From: TPA_inf: Saccharomyces
Taxonomy: Eukaryota
DNA: 64,000 nt
Direction of reading: 5' to 3'
NCBI GenBank assembly: GCA_000146045.2
Contig: BK006936.2
Span: 512,001-576,000 of the forward strand
Under the pieces are notes generated by a model. It did not search any database, was not told the origin of the DNA, and was given only the letters and a program-made list of their open reading frames with translations. The position numbers and the translations under genes are program-made. This document shows, piece by piece, positions 46,685 through 57,841 of the stretch; within the stretch, counting starts at the first letter, position 1, and each line of letters starts with the position of its first letter.

Positions 46685-47728
46685 ATGACTTTTATGCAAC
46701 AGCTTCAAGAGGCTGGGGAAAGATTTAGGTGTATCAATGGTCTTTTATGGGTTGTTTTTGGGCTTGGTGTCTTAAAATGTACAACGTTATCACTTAGATT
46801 TTTAGCTCTTATTTTTGATCTTTTTTTACTACCAGCAGTCAATTTCGACAAGTATGGTGCTAAAACTGGTAAATACTGTGCTATCACTGGTGCAAGTGAC
46901 GGTATTGGTAAAGAATTTGCTAGACAAATGGCGAAACGTGGCTTCAACTTGGTATTGATCTCGAGAACGCAATCTAAATTGGAGGCTTTACAAAAAGAAC
47001 TAGAAGATCAACATCATGTCGTTGTAAAGATTCTAGCCATTGACATTGCGGAGGATAAAGAATCCAACTATGAATCCATTAAGGAATTGTGTGCGCAGTT
47101 ACCAATCACCGTTTTGGTCAATAATGTTGGTCAATCACACTCCATTCCTGTTCCATTTTTGGAAACAGAAGAGAAGGAGCTTAGAAATATTATCACTATC
47201 AATAACACTGCTACATTATTAATTACACAAATCATTGCACCAAAGATTGTGGAAACTGTGAAAGCTGAAAACAAGAAGTCGGGTACTCGTGGTTTGATCT
47301 TAACCATGGGCTCATTTGGTGGTCTGATTCCCACCCCACTTTTGGCTACATACAGTGGTTCGAAATCATTCTTACAAGGTTGGTCTAACTCTTTGGCTGG
47401 GGAATTATCTAAAGATGCTATCGATGTTGAATTAATCATTTCATATTTGGTCACTAGCTCGATGTCTAAAATCAGAAGATCATCTTTAATGATCCCAAAT
47501 CCACAACAGTTTGTAAAATCCACTTTAAGAAGCGTTGGCAGACGCTGCGGCTCTCAAGAAAGATACGCTACTATGACCCCTTACTGGGCGCACGCAGTGT
47601 ATCAATTTGTAATTACAGAGACCTTTGGCGTTTACTCTAAGATTGTTAACTCCATTAATTATTCCTTCCATAAATCTATCAGAATTAGAGCCTTAAAAAA
47701 AGCCGCAAGACAGGTTAAAAAGGAATAG
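46685..47728 (+). CDS. IFA38: Very-long-chain 3-ketoacyl-CoA reductase of the SDR family, an ER membrane enzyme.
   Basis: The Rossmann motif TGASDGIGKEFA and the catalytic YSGSK (YxxxK) are present, with an N-terminal TM helix. Length is 347 aa. Confidence 0.9.
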   Translation: MTFMQQLQEAGERFRCINGLLWVVFGLGVLKCTTLSLRFLALIFDLFLLPAVNFDKYGAKTGKYCAITGASDGIGKEFARQMAKRGFNLVLISRTQSKLEALQKELEDQHHVVVKILAIDIAEDKESNYESIKELCAQLPITVLVNNVGQSHSIPVPFLETEEKELRNIITINNTATLLITQIIAPKIVETVKAENKKSGTRGLILTMGSFGGLIPTPLLATYSGSKSFLQGWSNSLAGELSKDAIDVELIISYLVTSSMSKIRRSSLMIPNPQQFVKSTLRSVGRRCGSQERYATMTPYWAHAVYQFVITETFGVYSKIVNSINYSFHKSIRIRALKKAARQVKKE

Positions 47729-47763
47729 AATTATCGTTCTCGAGATAGTTTTTATACAATACA

Positions 47764-47786
47764 TATATATATATATATATATATAT
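47764..47786. repeat. (AT)11-12 dinucleotide microsatellite in the IFA38-CDC28 intergenic region.
   Basis: Read directly from the sequence. Confidence 0.95.
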
Positions 47787-48077
47787 TTACAAGAAAAGCA
47801 TGGCTTATGTATTATACTTGCTTATGTACCAATATATACATATATGGCCTTATTAGGGCAACAAACGCCAAAAATAAAAACGAACCTAAATGAGAAAAAA
47901 AGAGAAAAATTTGGAAAACAACAAGAACTCAAAAAAAAAAATTGGTGGAAGGACCAAGTCCTCTTGAAAGAAAATTTAATACTGCTTTTCCAGAATATCA
48001 TATTGGAAAAAATATTCAAGCCAGCACATCAGCTACAGTGGAAAATAGCCCAGATCAAATAGAACTATCCTTCGAAC

Positions 48078-48974
48078 ATGAGCGGTGAATTAGCAAATTA
48101 CAAAAGACTTGAGAAAGTCGGTGAAGGTACATACGGTGTTGTTTATAAAGCGTTAGACTTAAGACCTGGCCAAGGTCAAAGAGTAGTCGCATTGAAGAAA
48201 ATAAGACTAGAGAGTGAAGACGAGGGTGTTCCCAGTACAGCCATCAGAGAAATCTCATTATTGAAGGAATTAAAAGACGATAATATTGTCAGATTATACG
48301 ATATTGTTCACTCTGATGCACACAAGCTATATCTTGTTTTTGAGTTCCTCGATTTGGACCTGAAAAGATATATGGAGGGTATTCCAAAGGACCAACCGTT
48401 AGGAGCTGATATTGTTAAGAAGTTTATGATGCAACTTTGTAAGGGTATTGCATACTGCCACTCACACCGTATTCTGCATCGTGATTTAAAACCGCAGAAC
48501 TTATTGATTAACAAAGATGGGAATCTAAAACTAGGTGATTTTGGCTTAGCGCGTGCTTTTGGTGTTCCGTTGAGAGCTTACACACATGAAATTGTTACTC
48601 TATGGTATAGAGCTCCGGAGGTATTACTGGGTGGAAAACAATATAGTACAGGTGTCGATACATGGTCCATCGGCTGTATATTTGCCGAAATGTGTAACAG
48701 GAAACCAATCTTCAGTGGCGATAGTGAGATCGATCAGATTTTCAAGATATTCAGAGTATTGGGAACGCCGAATGAAGCTATATGGCCAGATATTGTCTAC
48801 TTGCCTGATTTCAAGCCAAGCTTTCCTCAATGGCGCAGAAAAGACCTATCACAAGTGGTACCAAGTCTAGATCCACGCGGTATTGATTTGTTGGACAAAC
48901 TCCTCGCGTATGACCCTATTAACCGGATTAGCGCCAGAAGAGCAGCCATCCACCCCTACTTCCAAGAATCATAA
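48078..48974 (+). CDS. CDC28: Cyclin-dependent kinase 1.
   Basis: The Gly loop GEGTYGVV, the PSTAIRE helix, [10 protein letters not shown] and DFGLARAF are all present. Length is 298 aa. Confidence 0.97.
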
Positions 48975-49222
48975 GCATTATAATCTATTTCGCTATTATA
49001 TTACAAATGCTACTGCACTGTCATTATAGCCTAGTAAAGTATATAGTGAATACAATATACTCAGTTTCAACATTATGATGGGTAACTCCATCAGAAAATA
49101 TATTCATCGTCATATACGGAACATTCAGTTATACGCGAAAGTAAAAGTGAGAGCTTTTCAGGGGTTAAAAGCTGGGCGTGTTCCATGACGTATTTACCGA
49201 GGTCGTATTATCAAAGAAAATG

Positions 49223-49246
49223 AAAAAAAAAAAAAAAAAAAAAAAA
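49223..49246. repeat. A24 homopolymer (poly dA:dT) about 385 bp upstream of CSH1.
   Basis: Read directly from the sequence. It is a typical nucleosome-excluding promoter tract. Confidence 0.95.
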
Positions 49247-49633
49247 GCGAAGAGGAAAAAGACAAACGAAAAACAAAACGAAATAACGCATTGTATGCTG
49301 GGGCCTCAATTGAACTTCTTTGACTATAAGGAGTTCGCTTGTTTAAAGCCGTTTCGCATCTGACTCGCCCTTGGTTTTTTTCTCTGTTCTTGTTTTTGAC
49401 CTCCGCAAATTCATTGCTCTTTGAATTTTGAAGAGTTTCATTGTCACCGTTGAATAACCGAGACGGGTATTGTTTTTATTTCCTTCATTATTTACATCGC
49501 AACACGATTTTTATTAGCTTCCTCAAGGAGCGCTGACCGTATATAATATAATTTCAACAACCGAACAAGGCAGTGCGAAGCGGTGCACCTTACAACAGTG
49601 CTAAAGTAGTTACAGTAAACCAATTAATACGTG

Positions 49634-50764
49634 ATGAAGAAGGAGTTGAAAATTCTTATAATAGCGAACATTGCATTACTTATCTCTATAATACATTACA
49701 CATTTGATTTGTTGACGTTATGTATAGATGATACTTCCAAAGATGCGCTAACAGATGAACAGCTGAACCCCCCCAATGGCTTCAATTCAACATTCTATGA
49801 GTCTCCTCCTCAACTCATACCGAAAATCATTCATCAAACCTACAAAACAAACGATATCCCAGAACAGTGGGTAAAAGGGAGGCAGAAGTGCATTGATTTA
49901 CATCCGGATTACACTTACATTTTATGGACGGATGAAATGTCTGATACTTTCATTAAACAGGAATACCCGTGGTTTCTTGACACCTTTAGGAGTTATGAAT
50001 ATCCAATTGAGAGGGCGGATGCAATACGGTATTTCATCCTTTCGCATTATGGTGGTATTTACATTGACTTGGATGATGGTTGTGAAAGAAGGCTAGACCC
50101 TTTGTTGAAAGTACCAGCATTTCTAAGGAAAACTTCGCCTACAGGAGTGTCAAATGATGTGATGGGCTCTGTTCCAAGGCACCCCTTCTTCTTGAAGGTC
50201 ATCAAATCGTTGAAACACTATAAGAAAAACTGGTACATTCCATATATGACAATCATGGGCTCTACGGGCCCCTTATTCATTAGTGTGGTTTGGAAGCAAT
50301 ATAAGAGATGGTCTAATACGGCCGAAAATGGTGCGGTAAGAATTTTACAACCTGCAGATTATAAAATGCATAATAATTCTTTTTTCTCAATATCTAAAGG
50401 TTCCTCCTGGCATACGGGTGATGCCAATTTTATGAAAACTCTAGAGAATCACATCTTGTCTTGCGTGGTTACCGGATTCATTTTTGGCTTTTTCATATTA
50501 TACGGTGAATTTACATTTTATACTTGGCTGTGCTCGGGACCATTTAACAACAAACGCTATTACATTCAGTGGTTGAGTGACAAGTTCAAGTTACACAAGT
50601 GGAAACTAACATCGTCTTACAAGAATAAGGAAAAGAGGCGGAATCCTACTCGTCACGAATATAATTCGAGGGGTAAGAGATTAAGAAAAGATTCTAATAT
50701 CCCCTACGACAGCGTTTTCCTTGATATAGAAAAGAATCACGCAAAATTTACCGACTTAACCTGA
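49634..50764 (+). CDS. CSH1: Mannosyl-inositol-phosphorylceramide synthase catalytic subunit, a DXD glycosyltransferase.
   Basis: It has the DXD motif (YIDLDDG), an N-terminal signal-anchor and a C-terminal TM helix. The product is 376 aa; the ORF has tandem ATG ATG at 49631 and 49634. Confidence 0.85.
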   Translation: MKKELKILIIANIALLISIIHYTFDLLTLCIDDTSKDALTDEQLNPPNGFNSTFYESPPQLIPKIIHQTYKTNDIPEQWVKGRQKCIDLHPDYTYILWTDEMSDTFIKQEYPWFLDTFRSYEYPIERADAIRYFILSHYGGIYIDLDDGCERRLDPLLKVPAFLRKTSPTGVSNDVMGSVPRHPFFLKVIKSLKHYKKNWYIPYMTIMGSTGPLFISVVWKQYKRWSNTAENGAVRILQPADYKMHNNSFFSISKGSSWHTGDANFMKTLENHILSCVVTGFIFGFFILYGEFTFYTWLCSGPFNNKRYYIQWLSDKFKLHKWKLTSSYKNKEKRRNPTRHEYNSRGKRLRKDSNIPYDSVFLDIEKNHAKFTDLT

Positions 50765-51012
50765 TTGAATTGCCACTGTTCTACCCCTATAATATTGTGA
50801 GCATGGATAAATCTCAAAAACAATGGCGTATAGATATATAACAGGTATTAAATCTTAGTATTTAAGAATTACAAGTAACATGCATTCCTATAAAAATTAA
50901 AGAGAAAAAAATTCGATTATAAAATAGTACAATGTCCAGAAGCTTGGTTTTTAATAGTATATAATAAAGATAAAGATAGATAGAGAACATAACTCTAAAC
51001 TTTAAGAGTGAA

Positions 51013-51052
51013 TTTTTTTTTTTTAGTTTAGTTTTTTTTTTTTTTTTTTTTT
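51013..51052. repeat. T12 followed by T21 homopolymer tracts in the CSH1 / TOS1 convergent 3' intergenic region.
   Basis: Read directly from the sequence. Confidence 0.95.
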
Positions 51053-51202
51053 ACAATAATGTATTGTTCTTGGAAAATAACACAATCTGTTCAAAGTGGA
51101 CAGAAACCCTAAAACAAAAATAATAACGGGGAAGGAAAAAAATAGCAAGTGAAACATAAATGAAAAAAAGGAAAATTTTATTGGTTAATAAGAAACGATC
51201 GA

Positions 51203-52570
51203 CTATGGCAAGGCCGCAGAAGAACCGGACTTGCTCAACCATTGGTCAACGACATCATCGCTTAAAGTAGCATCAAAGCTTTCGTCGACTTCGATAATGT
51301 GAATAGTTTTATCACTTGAATTAAAGATTACGGCAGCCTTTAAAGTACCATCAGTTGGTCTCTCGAAGTAATCTTGAGTACCACCATCTTGGCCGTCATG
51401 GATGTGTGAGATTAATTTATCAGAACCAGCGGTCAAAATTTCGAACAAATCCATTTCACCACAGCCAGTTTTCCAACAAGAACAAGATGCATCACCATAT
51501 TGCAAGGTTCTTGGGATTTTTGCATTTAATAACCAAATAGCTGGCATATCTTGATTGTAGGCAGAACCGCTGGTGTCACTTGGCATAGAAAATTCGAAGA
51601 CGAAAATTTTATCAGCCCCACCAAACCCATGATAAGCAGGAATGCCTTCTCTGTAATAACCACAATCGCCGTTATTACCGGAACATTCTTCACCGGAGAA
51701 AATCATGAATTCATTACCAGATTTAATGGTGACATCACCAAGAGCTTGAGCGGAGGCAGCACCAGAAACACCATCTGAAGCAGCAAAAGAGATGGAGTTA
51801 CCGAAACAACTCGACCAGACACCAGAACCGGCAGTCCCCCCTTGGTTGTTCATGAATGTACAGTTGCTAGTAGAGCCTGGGACAAAGTAGGAACCTCTGG
51901 ACCAGTCACCGTTAGTGTTAGAAGATGATGACGAAGATGATGAAGCAGCAGCAGCAGAAGAGGTGGTTTTAGAGGAAGAGATGGAAGACTGGCTTTCACT
52001 CGTTTCAACTGCTTGAGCACTGCTGGACAAAACAGTAGAGTCTTTAGTGTAAGAAGAAGGAACAGCAGGACCGACAACGGTATTGGTGGAATCGGCTGTG
52101 ACTGTTTGACCATTACTGTCGACGTAAACAGTGGAAGTAACTTGAACATATTCAACAGCAACATCCCTCTTGTGCTGATGCTTATGTCTGGAGACAACAG
52201 CTTCACCTTCCTTACAGGACTCGATTGATTGTTTCTCTGATCTTTTCTTCAAAGCATTAGATTCACCATTTGGGTAGTAAACACCAAATTGTAGTAACTC
52301 GATCGGACCCCTGAAATGAACAGATAGTTCCTCGTTGAAGGGAGCCAAGCTACCAGAAGCAGTGAAATCAGCTTGGGTACAAGCACAAGAAGATTCATCC
52401 ATATTGGTGACATCTTGGTAGGTAGCAGATAAACCGACGTTAGAGTAAATGATGGCATCGGTTTGAGCACAATAGTAATTACCGCCAGAGTAAGTACAAT
52501 CAGCGTTCACGAGTGACACAACTGAAGAAAACAAACCGACTAATGCGGTCATGGAAAGCTTTTGTAACAT
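51203..52570 (-). CDS. TOS1: Secreted, covalently bound cell-wall protein (Target Of SBF 1) with a Ser-rich linker.
   Basis: It has a signal peptide MLQKLSMTALVGLFSSVVSLVNA and a poly-Ser region ([17 protein letters not shown]). At 455 aa it matches YBR162C. Confidence 0.88.
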   Translation of the reverse strand: MLQKLSMTALVGLFSSVVSLVNADCTYSGGNYYCAQTDAIIYSNVGLSATYQDVTNMDESSCACTQADFTASGSLAPFNEELSVHFRGPIELLQFGVYYPNGESNALKKRSEKQSIESCKEGEAVVSRHKHQHKRDVAVEYVQVTSTVYVDSNGQTVTADSTNTVVGPAVPSSYTKDSTVLSSSAQAVETSESQSSISSSKTTSSAAAASSSSSSSSNTNGDWSRGSYFVPGSTSNCTFMNNQGGTAGSGVWSSCFGNSISFAASDGVSGAASAQALGDVTIKSGNEFMIFSGEECSGNNGDCGYYREGIPAYHGFGGADKIFVFEFSMPSDTSGSAYNQDMPAIWLLNAKIPRTLQYGDASCSCWKTGCGEMDLFEILTAGSDKLISHIHDGQDGGTQDYFERPTDGTLKAAVIFNSSDKTIHIIEVDESFDATLSDDVVDQWLSKSGSSAALP

Positions 52571-53012
52571 TTTTTTCGTTCAAATTCCGTTAGGTTTTAG
52601 ATATTTTATGGGGTGTAAATGGAAAAACGAAAAGGTGAGAAAAAGACGTTCTATTGAAGGAGTGACTAGAAGTTGGATAAGTTAGGTTGGTTTGAGTTTT
52701 GATTCTGGAGTCTTCTTGCGAGAAAAGAAATAATTATAATATAAAAAAAAATTGAATGGAGATAAGAAGTTTAACTAGCAAAGTTCGAGAGATATAAAAA
52801 GTAGAGATGCGAAAATAAAATTAAAACAAATCTGAAAATAATGGAAGTGAAACAAGGCTAAGCAAGAAAATTTTCTATATTGCCAAGACAGGAACGTTTG
52901 TGATGAATCACATCTGCATTCGTGGTATATTTAAATGAAAATCCCAAGTTTCGAATTTTCACGTTTGCTGTACGACGAAAAAGCGTGGAAAAATAAACAA
53001 AACCAGCACTAA

Positions 53013-53052
53013 ATCGCCAACGAAAAAGGAAAGTCGCCAACGCGAAAAGAAA
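53013..53052 (+). promoter_or_regulatory. Tandem duplicated ~20-bp element: TCGCCAACGAAAAAGGAAAG followed by TCGCCAACGCGAAAAGAAAAG. The second copy contains CGCGAAA, an SCB/MCB-like core. A third ACGACGAAAAAGCG copy lies about 40 bp upstream (52971-52987). All are in the TOS1 upstream region.
   Basis: The repeat is read directly. CGCGAAA fits the SBF site CRCGAAA, and TOS1 is a known SBF target. Confidence 0.45.
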
Positions 53053-53230
53053 AGAAAAAGCGAGGCGCAGATCTCGTGGTATGTGATATCGTGTCTAATG
53101 ACTTGACGTGGCTTTTTTTCTTGTCGCCATCTGCGCTTACTTGCGTTATATCAAATATAATTTCAGCACAGCATTACATGCAGAAATAGCAGGGTGCAGA
53201 GGTCGAAGTAGATAGAGGACAACACCTGCG

Positions 53231-53428
53231 ATGGCCGTACAGACACCAAGACAAAGACTGGCTAATGCCAAGTTTAACAAGAATAACGAAAAGTATAGAA
53301 AATACGGTAAGAAGAAGGAGGGCAAAACTGAGAAAACCGCACCTGTGATATCCAAAACTTGGTTGGGTATTCTTCTGTTTCTTCTCGTAGGTGGTGGTGT
53401 TTTGCAACTAATCAGCTATATCCTATGA
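53231..53428 (+). CDS. YSY6: Small tail-anchored ER protein, a RAMP4/SERP homologue.
   Basis: A 65-aa protein with a basic N-terminus and a single C-terminal TM helix (WLGILLFLLVGGGVLQLISYIL). Context is YBR162W-A. Confidence 0.85.
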   Translation: MAVQTPRQRLANAKFNKNNEKYRKYGKKKEGKTEKTAPVISKTWLGILLFLLVGGGVLQLISYIL

Positions 53429-53722
53429 AGCAGTGGCAAATTGCATATATAAGTGTACAGTGGAAGCAAGTACGTAAATAAATAAGCGATTTCGAATAAT
53501 AATAACAACAAGCATAAGGCAGTATTACCCGCGTTGTCATTTATGGATGCGAAAAAAGATGAAGTAATTCAAGTGCTATTGTGATTTACCATGCCAATCA
53601 AACGTGCAACAAAGATGAGTATGAGGGGGGACCCAGGCATAGTACACAGAAAAGCTTTGTAGACTGTCTTTGTTTTCTTAATTTTTCAAGTAGGCTTTCT
53701 GCTTTTCTTCTGTACTTATCGT

Positions 53723-55480
53723 ATGCTGGGCCGGGCACTAATCAACAAGTATGGATTTTTAATTCATCCTAGGAGATTTGTACATTTAAACGATAAGTCC
53801 CTTGATGGAACATTTATACTACCTTCGAAGAAAAATCATATGTATGATGTTCCAACTAATGATCCAAGCGGTATCCTGAATGCCTCGGATATCGATAGAA
53901 TCAATAATTTGCCATTTTTCGATAACACCAGTCCGACAAAAGAGACAAATACTAAGGAAGGAGCATTGTTGAGCGAAAAATTGGCCAGCGTTAAAGAATT
54001 ATTTGGAGAAGACCCTGAAAATCCTTCGTTTATCAATTACAGATTCCCCAGAGGTTTAGAGAATCCCTATTTTGACATTCAAGTAAATCAGCTAAAGAAA
54101 AAACGATTATCCGTCACACAATTATGCACTACGCAGAATTGGTGCGAGTTAAGGAATTTTTACGACTTTTATTCTCAAAATTTGTCTAACCAACTACTGA
54201 ACTTAAAATTTCAGGTGCAGAAAGGTAAAAAGATTCATAAATCACTAGAGGACGAAACGCATCCTGAATTAAATCAGTATAAAAGCTTTACCCACAATTT
54301 CCTTGCACTGACAAAATTATCTATGGATATTGATAATGATATGGATGCCCTGCTAGATAACTGGTTCAACTCTATCAATAGATTGGTCTCTTTATTCACC
54401 AAAGGTGACGGTCATGCAAGAGAAATAGTTTGTCATGGCTTCATTAACTTAGAAGATGGCAAACTGGTGGAGCATTTGCTGAACAGTGATAGCAAGACAA
54501 AGGAAAATGTGATTATATCAGGTGTTATTGACCACTTAACTCTTAGAAATAGGCACAATCATCAAGTACAGAAAGGTGCAGCTCATCTTGATACGGAATA
54601 TCAGAGCTGGGGTAATATCCTCACTAATTTACTATCAAATCTAAAAGAACTGAAGTCGAATAACGAGATTGTTATCTCTGATATCAAAACTAGGTCAGTA
54701 CCAAAAATACCATCTATTGAGTCCGTTATAGAATCCTCTAAATTACAGACAATGTATTATAAGTTTTTTTTTTCCCACCTTAGTCAAGACATGACACAAA
54801 CCTACCATAGCTTTTTAATCAATGCCCAGAGAAGAGGACTCGACGTTGATGCGCCCATAAATCCTACCAAGATTTTAACATTCATACTAACAAACCCACT
54901 CTTCGCTAATGATGTGAAGAACCTCCTGTACGGACTACCGATAAATCATTCTGCTTTCGATAACGACGCCAAAGGCTCTAATACATTTGATATGACCGCG
55001 TTCAATGATTTGCTGGATAGAGGTCCCACATCTTTTAACGTTCCGATTGAGCAAGACGAAGATAGTTCGGAGTCAACAAAATGTGTATCTTTGCGAGATT
55101 ATGGACATTTTTATACGAAATGGAAGACACCTCTAACTTTGAAATACTTTGCGGCAAGGTTATCACAGATCTATTTTATTGTGGGTAATCTCGTTTCGAA
55201 TGATTTAATGATAGAATATTATTACCATAACGATAATTTCCACAATATCATCTTCCCATATGATCCCTTGAAACTGGGAACCCATGCCCATGATTCTGCA
55301 ATGGTTTGGTTTGGTGGCAGAGATATGCATCCAATTGAGCCTACTCAAAAAAACTTCAACACATACTGTAAGTTTTGTGACTACAGACACGTTTGTTCTT
55401 GGAAAAATAAAAATGAATTGAAACTTATTGATCTAGGGAAAGAATTAAAAAAAATTATTCTTGAATCAAGTATGAAGTAG
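53723..55480 (+). CDS. EXO5: Mitochondrial 5'-3' exonuclease V.
   Basis: A 585-aa protein with a C-terminal Fe-S cluster Cys motif (CKFCDYRHVCSW). Context is YBR163W. Confidence 0.82.
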   Translation: MLGRALINKYGFLIHPRRFVHLNDKSLDGTFILPSKKNHMYDVPTNDPSGILNASDIDRINNLPFFDNTSPTKETNTKEGALLSEKLASVKELFGEDPENPSFINYRFPRGLENPYFDIQVNQLKKKRLSVTQLCTTQNWCELRNFYDFYSQNLSNQLLNLKFQVQKGKKIHKSLEDETHPELNQYKSFTHNFLALTKLSMDIDNDMDALLDNWFNSINRLVSLFTKGDGHAREIVCHGFINLEDGKLVEHLLNSDSKTKENVIISGVIDHLTLRNRHNHQVQKGAAHLDTEYQSWGNILTNLLSNLKELKSNNEIVISDIKTRSVPKIPSIESVIESSKLQTMYYKFFFSHLSQDMTQTYHSFLINAQRRGLDVDAPINPTKILTFILTNPLFANDVKNLLYGLPINHSAFDNDAKGSNTFDMTAFNDLLDRGPTSFNVPIEQDEDSSESTKCVSLRDYGHFYTKWKTPLTLKYFAARLSQIYFIVGNLVSNDLMIEYYYHNDNFHNIIFPYDPLKLGTHAHDSAMVWFGGRDMHPIEPTQKNFNTYCKFCDYRHVCSWKNKNELKLIDLGKELKKIILESSMK

Positions 55481-55874
55481 TGTAGGTATTGTAACATTAT
55501 TTATTCTAGTTATTAAAAGGGTGTTGTTTCGTGAATACATTGAAGTCCTTTATTGGGTTATTAAGCACATAAATCTGTTTCTGCTTTCGGACGTCCTGTT
55601 TCAATAAATCGGAATTGAAATGACAATTTAATTTAAATGTATATATGCAACTTTCATTAAGAGGTCATTAGGTATTTTAATGCGGCCTTCTCATTCATCG
55701 GAACGATGTAATTGCCTTTAGAATTAAAACCCAAAGAGAAACATGTATACACTTACTAACTCTATTATGTTTGGATAGAGCTCCTTGATAATTCAGTTAC
55801 AAAACAAATTATATGTATATTCAATGCCATTTAAAAAGTATGCATCTACACTTTTTTTTTGCAAATCTTTATCG

Positions 55875-56426
55875 CTATAACTGTTCCTCTTTTATAACAT
55901 CAATCAACCAATCTAAACCTTCGGTAATACCTTCGCCTTTAATTGCACTGGATGCTACGATAGACCAACTTCTGTCCTTCAATTCTACAAGATTCAGTTC
56001 TTTGGAGACTTCACTGGCACTTAATGCACCCGGTTGGTCTTGTTTATTTGCAAAAACCAGCAGTGCTGCATCTTGCAATTCTTCTTCCTGTAACATCAAA
56101 TGAAGTTCCTTAGAGGCTGTAGACATACGATCTTTATCAGTCGAATCAACAACGAAAATAACTGCAGCAGTGTCTGCATAATAACACCTCCAGTAGGGCC
56201 TGATACTTGTTTGACCACCAAGATCCCAGACGTTCAATTTTAAGTTTTTATAACTTAGCGTCTCTACATTGAAACCAATGGTTGGCTTTGTAGTGACTAC
56301 TTCGCCAATTTGTAAACGATATAAGATGGTAGTTTTACCTGCACCATCCAAACCCAAAATCAATATACGCAATTCTTTGTTTGAACCCCATAGTTTGTCA
56401 AACATTGAACTAAAAATGTTACCCAT
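55875..56426 (-). CDS. ARL1: ARF-like small GTPase.
   Basis: It has an N-terminal myristoylation MG, and the G1 (GLDGAGKTT), G3 (WDLGGQ) and G4 (NKQD) motifs. Length is 183 aa. Confidence 0.93.
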   Translation of the reverse strand: MGNIFSSMFDKLWGSNKELRILILGLDGAGKTTILYRLQIGEVVTTKPTIGFNVETLSYKNLKLNVWDLGGQTSIRPYWRCYYADTAAVIFVVDSTDKDRMSTASKELHLMLQEEELQDAALLVFANKQDQPGALSASEVSKELNLVELKDRSWSIVASSAIKGEGITEGLDWLIDVIKEEQL

Positions 56427-56851
56427 CTTGATCTATAACTCACTTTACTGGAACTTTCTTCTTAGATCTTTCTTTATTTTTCCTTTGGTTTTAGAAACCT
56501 TATTACTCACCGTTTCGTAAATACAAATGAACCACGCAATCCTTTACTACTTGAAAGTTCCGAGAACATTCTGCCTAATATTAATTGTCGTAAATCTAAC
56601 TTTTATAGGCAAAATAGTTTTATTCAAAATTTCAATTGGAAAGGGCTCTGTTACCCGTCCTGTACGATGCAGTGGGTTTTGTTATTGTCATAAGAAATAT
56701 TTAACCTACTCTTCCCATATATATCATAGAACACATTCTTAGTATGTTTTGAGAGCATCAATCTAACGTTGCCTTTGTCGTGATTTTGTGCGAGGAGGCG
56801 ATATAAGAGCTAAACAGATTTTTTTATATTTTAATCAAAAAGCTAATAATT

Positions 56852-57685
56852 ATGGCTTACTCTTTAACAAGGAAATTGCTGAAGGATTGGAAATATTTTA
56901 TGCGCCATCCTGAGAAGACCCAAGGTCTTTTTCATGTAAGGCCACATGATTCAGACTTACATCTTTGGCACGTGGTAATGTACGAGCCCAGGACTTCTTT
57001 GGAAGTATATCTACTACTTTATATTGGCGGAAACGACCAGGATCCATATATCATCATGAAATGTCTGTCTCCAAATTGTTGCTTTCCAATTAACAGAACG
57101 GTTTCGATGACACACTTAAACTATCTTTTATTGAAAGACTTGGGATTACAGGATTTACTTTTCCACATATGGCAACCGCTTTTTCATATTCAAGCAACGG
57201 AAGACTTACAGTATTCACCGTCAACGGTAAAATTCAACAGGGCGTGGAATAGGATTATATATAAGGACTTTAAATCTTATTTTCCGGAACTGATAGGTAC
57301 TTTACAACCAGGTGATTACTCTATAGTAAAGAGCTATTCCAAAAATCATAATATCAGCAATAGTAATGGTGGCAGTGTCAATGAATTTATGTCCTCTTAC
57401 AATGCTCAAAGCCACACCTTTCACGCACAAGACAACAGCAAGAACCCTTATACTAACAGCAGCATAGGAAAGTCTAGTATGTTATCTACTCTCAACAATA
57501 ATAACGTTAACAAAAGGACACATGACTACAATGCTATCGACTTTATGACCAAAAACTTACTTGCATGTGATGATGACAGTATTCATCCGGTCGTAAGTTC
57601 TAAAAGGTCAAGAACGTTGGCATGTCCAGATGAAACGAACGATAATCGCGGTAGTGAGCATTACACAAAGAGGAAAAAAATCTAA
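56852..57685 (+). CDS. UBS1: 277-aa protein recognised only by its match to UBS1, the ubiquitin-conjugating enzyme suppressor.
   Basis: It starts MAYSLTRKLLKDWKYFMRHPEKTQGLF with a UBC-like N-terminal segment. Context is YBR165W. Confidence 0.75.
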   Translation: MAYSLTRKLLKDWKYFMRHPEKTQGLFHVRPHDSDLHLWHVVMYEPRTSLEVYLLLYIGGNDQDPYIIMKCLSPNCCFPINRTVSMTHLNYLLLKDLGLQDLLFHIWQPLFHIQATEDLQYSPSTVKFNRAWNRIIYKDFKSYFPELIGTLQPGDYSIVKSYSKNHNISNSNGGSVNEFMSSYNAQSHTFHAQDNSKNPYTNSSIGKSSMLSTLNNNNVNKRTHDYNAIDFMTKNLLACDDDSIHPVVSSKRSRTLACPDETNDNRGSEHYTKRKKI

Positions 57686-57841
57686 TGGGTTTATTTTTAC
57701 ATAGAATAGTAGAACTTTCTTCCTTTTTTCACGATTTTTTGCATGGGCATTTGTCACAATATATATTTTTATTCAGTTATATAAATATACTCCTTTTCAC
57801 AAAAGAAGGCCTAATATTATAGGAAATCAGCATTAAAAACA

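Noticed and set aside
51850-52206. 118-aa minus-strand ORF, and other 60-136-aa ORFs overlapping TOS1, TBS1, IRA1, AMN1, CDC28 and others
   Set aside because: They are off-frame or antisense overlaps of well-supported genes with no recognisable motifs. This is the expected number of chance ORFs in 64 kb.
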